64,000 nucleotides of DNA from Zootoca vivipara (Eukaryota), in NCBI RefSeq assembly GCF_963506605.1, contig NC_083282.1, positions 39,370,001 through 39,434,000 on the forward strand, read 5' to 3'. Below are positions 59,003-64,000 of this stretch, piece after piece (position 1 is the first letter of the stretch; every line of letters begins with the position of its first letter). Both the position numbers and the translations under genes were made by a program. A model generated the notes under the pieces. That model was not told where the DNA came from. It did not search any database and saw only the letters and a program-made list of their open reading frames with translations.

Positions 59003-60249
59003 TCTTCTGGCAATCCTTATCCTAAATTAGCTATTATGTGAACAGCTTTTTACAAGTAAATTGCAGGTGAGGAGGACTTGGTAGATATTAGGACCTTGGT
59101 GGTGGTAGTGGTGGGAGTTAGGGGGCTTTAACCCTTTGACCTCTGCTGCATTCCCAATCCAGATTGGGCCCCTGTACTTGCTGTGAGTGGATGGAAATAT
59201 TTTGCAGCGCAAACAGCAGATGGGATGGGATCTTCAGTGGGTCTGCTTTGAGAGGCAAATGATCAACCAGAGTCCCAGCATGGATTTGTGCACCTGCAAT
59301 TTACTTTAACAAATATAATACAATTGTTAATGGATGTGGCATCTTCCCTAGTTTGGCCCTAAGAATGTTAGCTGGCTGCCAGGAAACTCCTGCTCAAACC
59401 TCTACTCACTCTACTCTACTCACCTCTGGACTCACTACATGGCCTGATGTAAAACATTATTCCCTCGATCTCATTTTGTTCATACCATAGTGATAATAAT
59501 ACCGACTCATCATATAGGGACTGTAAGTGTTTATGGTGTTAGGCATGCTACTCATGAGCAAATCCCACTGATTATATGGGACCTTGCAAACATGCATCAG
59601 GGAAGGAAGCTTATTGGGATAGTGGCTGTGGAGCATTTGAACTTGTTTGGAACCCTATGGAGTGGGGTGAGAGTGATTTGGAGTATTATAACAGCTATGT
59701 TATAACAGCAGGTGATAGCTGATGACTAGGAAAGATAAGTTGGCATGTGTAACTAAGAGTGGCTACAGGTTGTCCACACTTTTTGAAAGATGTTCTGTTG
59801 ATATGGGGAAGAGCAATTTGGTCCCCAGCTGAAATACAGGGCCATCCTAACCAAATAGGGGGGAAATGTAGAGGTAAAGTCAAGTTGATGTATAATGGAG
59901 TTCAACAGTTCTAATGTGTTTTGAACCTGTATGGTGGTTCCTCCAGGACAATTGCTCCCAAGCTTATCAAGTTAATAGTTTTTCCTAGGCAACTAGAACA
60001 AGCCCATAAAAAAGAGCCCTAAAAGAGCATGGTAGCATTCTTTTGATTCCTTGATGGACAAGCCATCTCTTCTTGGGAGGGTGAGATTATTCTGTTTCAT
60101 GGCCAAATTTTATGTAGAATGGTGCTTAAAGCCACTTCTTATATCAGGGAGCCAGTGGGGACCTTGGAGGCAGAGTATGTGACATTGGGGAAAAAATTGG
60201 CAACAAAATTGGGCAAGTTGGTATAACGGGTGCTGAATGGGTAGGTGAT

Positions 60250-60494
60250 AGGTAAAGGGTAAAGGGACCCCTGACCATTAGGTCCAGTCGTGACCGACTC
60301 TGGGGTTGCGCGCTCATCTCGTATTATTGGCCGAAGGAGCCGGCATATAGCTTCCAGGTCATGTGGCCAGCATGACAAAGCCGCTTCTGGCAAACCAGAG
60401 CAGCACATGGAAACGCCGTTTACCTTCCCGCTGTAGCGGTTCCTATTTATCTACTTGCATTTTGACGTGCTTTCGAACTGCTAGGTTGGCAGGA
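60250..60494 (-). mobile_element. Sauria SINE, reverse strand, 5'-truncated
   Basis: GGTAAAGGGTAAAGGGACCCCTGACCATTAGGTCCAGTC...CTAGGTTGGCAGGA. Confidence 0.85.
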
Positions 60495-60940
60495 AATTCT
60501 CTCTCTCATCTCAATGTCAACCGTACTTATGATGTTGATAGGAGCAAGAGAATATGTTCACTTGAGGATCTTAGCCCCCAGGTGGGTTAATATAGGGAGA
60601 TACGATCATTTGGGTAGCCTGGGCCCAAGACATACTATATTGTTTTGCCTCAAGCTCAATGGTATTATATGTCACAAAATGTACCACCACATTTCCCTGT
60701 TGGACTAAATCGGACCTAAATTTGATTAACATACTCACACGATCACTCTGCCAAAATTAACTATTAAGCAGTATCTATAGCTACTCTCCCAATTGCATTG
60801 TCGCCTTCCTCTGTGTAGAGATAGCTGCTCCCTTGAGAAAGGGCTCTAGCTCATTGCAGGGCAAGTACTTTGCATGCAGAAGGTCCCAGGTTCAAGCCCT
60901 GCCAGATAGGGCTGGAAATGTAACATCTGAAACCCTAGAT

Positions 60941-61215
60941 CAGGGGTAGGCAACCTAAGGCCCATGGGCCACAAGCAGCCCATGGGGGGGGGGGTCATTT
61001 AAGCGACCCACAAGCTGCCCCCGAACCGAGCTGCCCGCTCGGCAAGTCCCTGCTGTGCTGCACTAAACTGCTGCAGCACAGCGCTGGGACTCGCTTCCGC
61101 GGTGCCGGAAATCGCACCTGCACATCCTCTCAGACGCTGAAAATTGCGTGCAATCCAGCCCACGCAGGGATCTCCGCTGGAGTGAACCGGCCCAGACAAA
61201 CCTTGCTGACCCCTG
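60941..61215. mobile_element. hAT-Charlie-like MITE
   Basis: TIRs CAGGGGTAGGCAACC / CCTTGCTGACCCCTG and 8-bp TSD CCCTAGAT. Confidence 0.85.
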
Positions 61216-61366
61216 CCCTAGATAGTCACCGCAATCAGTAAAGAAAATACTGAGATAGATGAACCAATGGCCTGACTCAGCAAAAGATAGCTGTTCCCAT
61301 CTATTGACTGGATGTCTTTAATTTTGAAAAGAGAAAATAATGTATTTATAGATGCTAGATATGCTC

Positions 61367-61370
<4 letters not shown>

Positions 61371-61406
<36 letters not shown>
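61371..61406. repeat. (AC)n microsatellite
   Basis: About 18 AC units. Confidence 0.95.
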
Positions 61407-61408
<2 letters not shown>

Positions 61409-62456
61409 TTTATATCCAGCCCTTATCTTTATGTATTGGCTTTGGTTAGCTTCCCTTAGCTGTACAGAGATTTAAGTGAAGCTTGATGAAAATGGATACA
61501 GCCTGCTTTTGTGAAGACCTGTTCTTTACAGTGAATTGGCAAAGGGGTCAGTGCCAGCCTACCCATGAGCAGGGTGAAGCAGTCATCTCAGGTGGAGGAA
61601 GCCCACAAGGTGTCACCCACCTGGGCTCCCCACCCCACTGCCAATTTCAGCTGAGATTTCGCTGGTGCCCCTTCCCTGCCATGCAAAGCATGTTCTCTAC
61701 CTTTCCCAAGTAAAGCAAGTTTTAGAAGGATCCTTAAGAATATTGTAATCAGTTATTTATTTAATAGGTCTTAATACTTGTCTCCATAATGCAACCCTTA
61801 ACAAAGAAATCAGCATGGTGCTTTACTCAAGAATACAAAGTATGAGCTTCCCAGTCTTTCTTGAAAGACAATGAATGGAACAATGGGTTGTAAACAACCC
61901 AAGTGCTCCTCAGAGTAGTCCCATTGAAATTAATGAGCCTAAACTAGTCATGTTTAGTAACTTCAATGGGTCTACTTGGAGTAGGACCGGCACTGAATAC
62001 CACCTCATTTTGCCTAGGTCCAGGATATACTTCCCATGGGGCTACAAAATCCATATATGATGGCCTTATTCTGCTTCATGCATCAAAGTAGTCTGTGGTC
62101 TACATAAGCTTCTTTTTCAATATACGCTGTTTTCCATAAATATTGTGGCAAACTCTGCTGGTGTTCAGGAACAGCGCGTGAGTTTTTTTGTTCAGTGTAG
62201 TAAGAAATTCCAGAGAAGTAGCTTGTTACTCTGTTTCAGCAAAATTCAGTCCTCTGCTATTTTAAAGTTTATGTGTATTTATGCCAACTCTGCCCACAAA
62301 ATACCAATCCCATTGTGTGTGTAGCTGCAATCTGTGCTACTATAATTACAAAGGCTACTATAATTACAAATGGATCGCATTTTCCAGTGGAACAAAATGC
62401 AGGTACAGTACTGTACTGTAGTTGGAAACGGCGATATCCCTGTAACATGAATTAAA

Positions 62457-62756
62457 CATAGCTGTCAACATTCGGATTTGAAAATAAGGGATCAGCAGCC
62501 TCACCTGTCCTGGGGACAGTCTATGGTATATCCATACCTGCCAAGTTTTCCCTTTTCTCGCGAGGAAGCCTATTCAGCATAAAGGAATTTCCCTTTAAAA
62601 AAGGGAGAACTTGGCAGCTATGTATATCTAACAATCCAGGATAGCAGCAGGAAACGGCGCTGGAATAAGGGAATTTCCAGCAAAAAAAGGGAAAGTTGAC
62701 AGCTGTGGCTTGGGATAAGGGAGTTTCCCGCAAAAAAGGGAGGGTTGATAGCTATG
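62457..62756. mobile_element. Composite unclassified TIR element with a nested copy (62533-62622, 6-bp TSD TATATC)
   Basis: Termini CATAGCTGTCAAC / GTTGA(C/T)AGCT(A/G)TG, with the right-end module repeated three times. Confidence 0.6.
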
Positions 62757-62959
62757 GAATAAAAATAAGTGTGATACAGATGCTCAATTTCTTCCGTAAA
62801 AAGAGAGCCGAAACAAAAGAATGAGGAGCTGTATTTTAGGGGCGTATTTCCGATATTCTGCAGATTACCTTGATGGGCATGTCTGGATAGCTCAGTTGGC
62901 TAAAGCATGGACCGGCACTAAGTTGTCCACTGATGAACTCGCAAACTGGGGCAAGAAGG

Positions 62960-63720
62960 AGCGAGCAAGGATAGTTTTGCACCGCCACGTGCCGGCGTGC
63001 TCTACTTTGCACACGCGTGTCCCTTCCCTGGCCCTTGCACGCTCGCCGCCCATCCCAGCACCGAAGGGGCGGTTCCTCTCCGCCCGATCTGACTCAGGGG
63101 CTGGGCTTCCCCAGCTACCGGCGCGTTGGAAGGGCAATGACCGCGGCTGCCTTCAATCAGGCGCCCGGCATTAGAGGCAACGCCGAGCGGGTGGAGAAGC
63201 TACGACGGCACAACGCAGAGAGGAGCGATCGCCGTCAGAGCTGGAGGAGCTCTTCCAGCGATGCAGTTGTTGAGACAGCAGCATCGTCTCTCCGGCAGGT
63301 AGGGGGCATGGGGAGGATCCGGCTTTTCACCTGCAGGGGAGTGTGTGCGCCTGCCTAATTGAGATGCTTTCCACTTGGCGTGGGTTGCAAAGGCAGAGCG
63401 CTGGTCTCTTTATCTAATTCCCGGCGGGGAGCTCTCTTTCTGCCCTTGGCTGTTTGGAGGAGCTGGGCGTTAGAGCTCCCTCAAGTACCTACGGCGAGGC
63501 TGCCCTGGAAACATGCGGACCTGTGCAGTGGTTATTGCCGGCCGGCATTCCCCCCCCCCGCACTTTAGCGAGGCTAAATTTTGTTATATCGCTCTAAAAT
63601 GCAGGTAGCAAGTTTTCGGCTTCAGCAGAACTCCTCGTTCAGCAGTTCAGGCGCTTATGATTCCCTGCAAAAGTTAAAAGCGCCCAAAGGCAGCGGGAGG
63701 GCAGTTCTGCATTCTGAGTG
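62960..63720 (+). promoter_or_regulatory. Orphan CpG island with a candidate first exon (donor CAG|GTAGGG at 63299); gene unassigned (GLIS1 by synteny, or NDC1-exon-1-like)
   Basis: CpG-dense, with GC box GGGGCGG at about 63066 and a strong donor after 63298. In human, GLIS1 follows NDC1 in the same orientation. Confidence 0.5.
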
Positions 63721-63921
63721 ATGCGTTCTTCGCTAATCGTGCTGTTTCAACAAATTCAGAAATGCAACTTACTTTTTTTAAAAAACGAACTTCTGCTGCA
63801 GTCTTCTTGGCCATTGCGCTTCGTCAGGCAGAAGTGAAAGAATCAGCAGGAGCAAAACATTAAGAGGTCCGTCCCCCCCCCCCACATGAGAAGACCAAGG
63901 GTAGCGTTGTAGGGAAACTCA

Positions 63922-64000
63922 TGGTATCTGATAAAGTGTGCATGCACACGAAAGCTCATACCAAAATAAAATCTTAGTTGGTCTTTAAGGTGCTACTGAA
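63922..64000 (+). mobile_element. Penelope-like element end carrying a minimal type I hammerhead ribozyme motif (core mutated)
   Basis: TGGTAT-CTGATAA-AGTGTGCATGCACAC-GAAA-GC-TC-ATACCA, followed by the same CTTAGTTGGTCT(C/T)TAAGGTGCTACTG tail seen at 19785-19810, 43134-43156 and 52335-52360. Confidence 0.7.

Noticed and set aside
54300-60200. Short ORFs in the intergenic region around the gaps
   Set aside because: I found no recognisable homology or consistent splice-phase chain. The region is mostly decayed L2 and MITE sequence, although an unrecognised exon cannot be excluded.

Overview
This is eukaryotic (vertebrate) genomic DNA from a squamate reptile, most likely a lacertid lizard, judging by multiple Sauria SINEs with ACCTTT tails plus L2, L1, RTE, Penelope and hAT/Tc-mariner repeats. 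I reconstructed the exons by hand from GT-AG sites and protein similarity. They give the conserved amniote block LRRC42(-, 3' end off-window) / HSPB11=IFT25(+, complete) / DIO1(-, complete selenoprotein with in-frame TGA and a 3'UTR SECIS) / YIPF1(+, complete) / NDC1(+, exons 2-18 intact, exon 1 unresolved), followed by two N-gaps and an orphan CpG island at about 63 kb. The main departure from this synteny is an intact, intronless TMEM141 ORF (130 aa) between YIPF1 and NDC1. It appears to have gained a 5'UTR intron to the CpG promoter upstream of NDC1, and it ends in a co-oriented L2 LINE 3' tail, making it a candidate L2-chimeric functional retrogene. Other notable features: a 1.25-kb Tc2-like foldback element with about 510-bp near-perfect arms in the last YIPF1 intron; two inverted solo LTRs bracketing NDC1 exons 15-17 that both keep a frame-conserved ORF; and Penelope-type minimal hammerhead ribozyme motifs. 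No prokaryotic features or CRISPR arrays are present, and most ORFs in the supplied track are spurious. Gene identities rest on remembered protein sequences; no database search was run.
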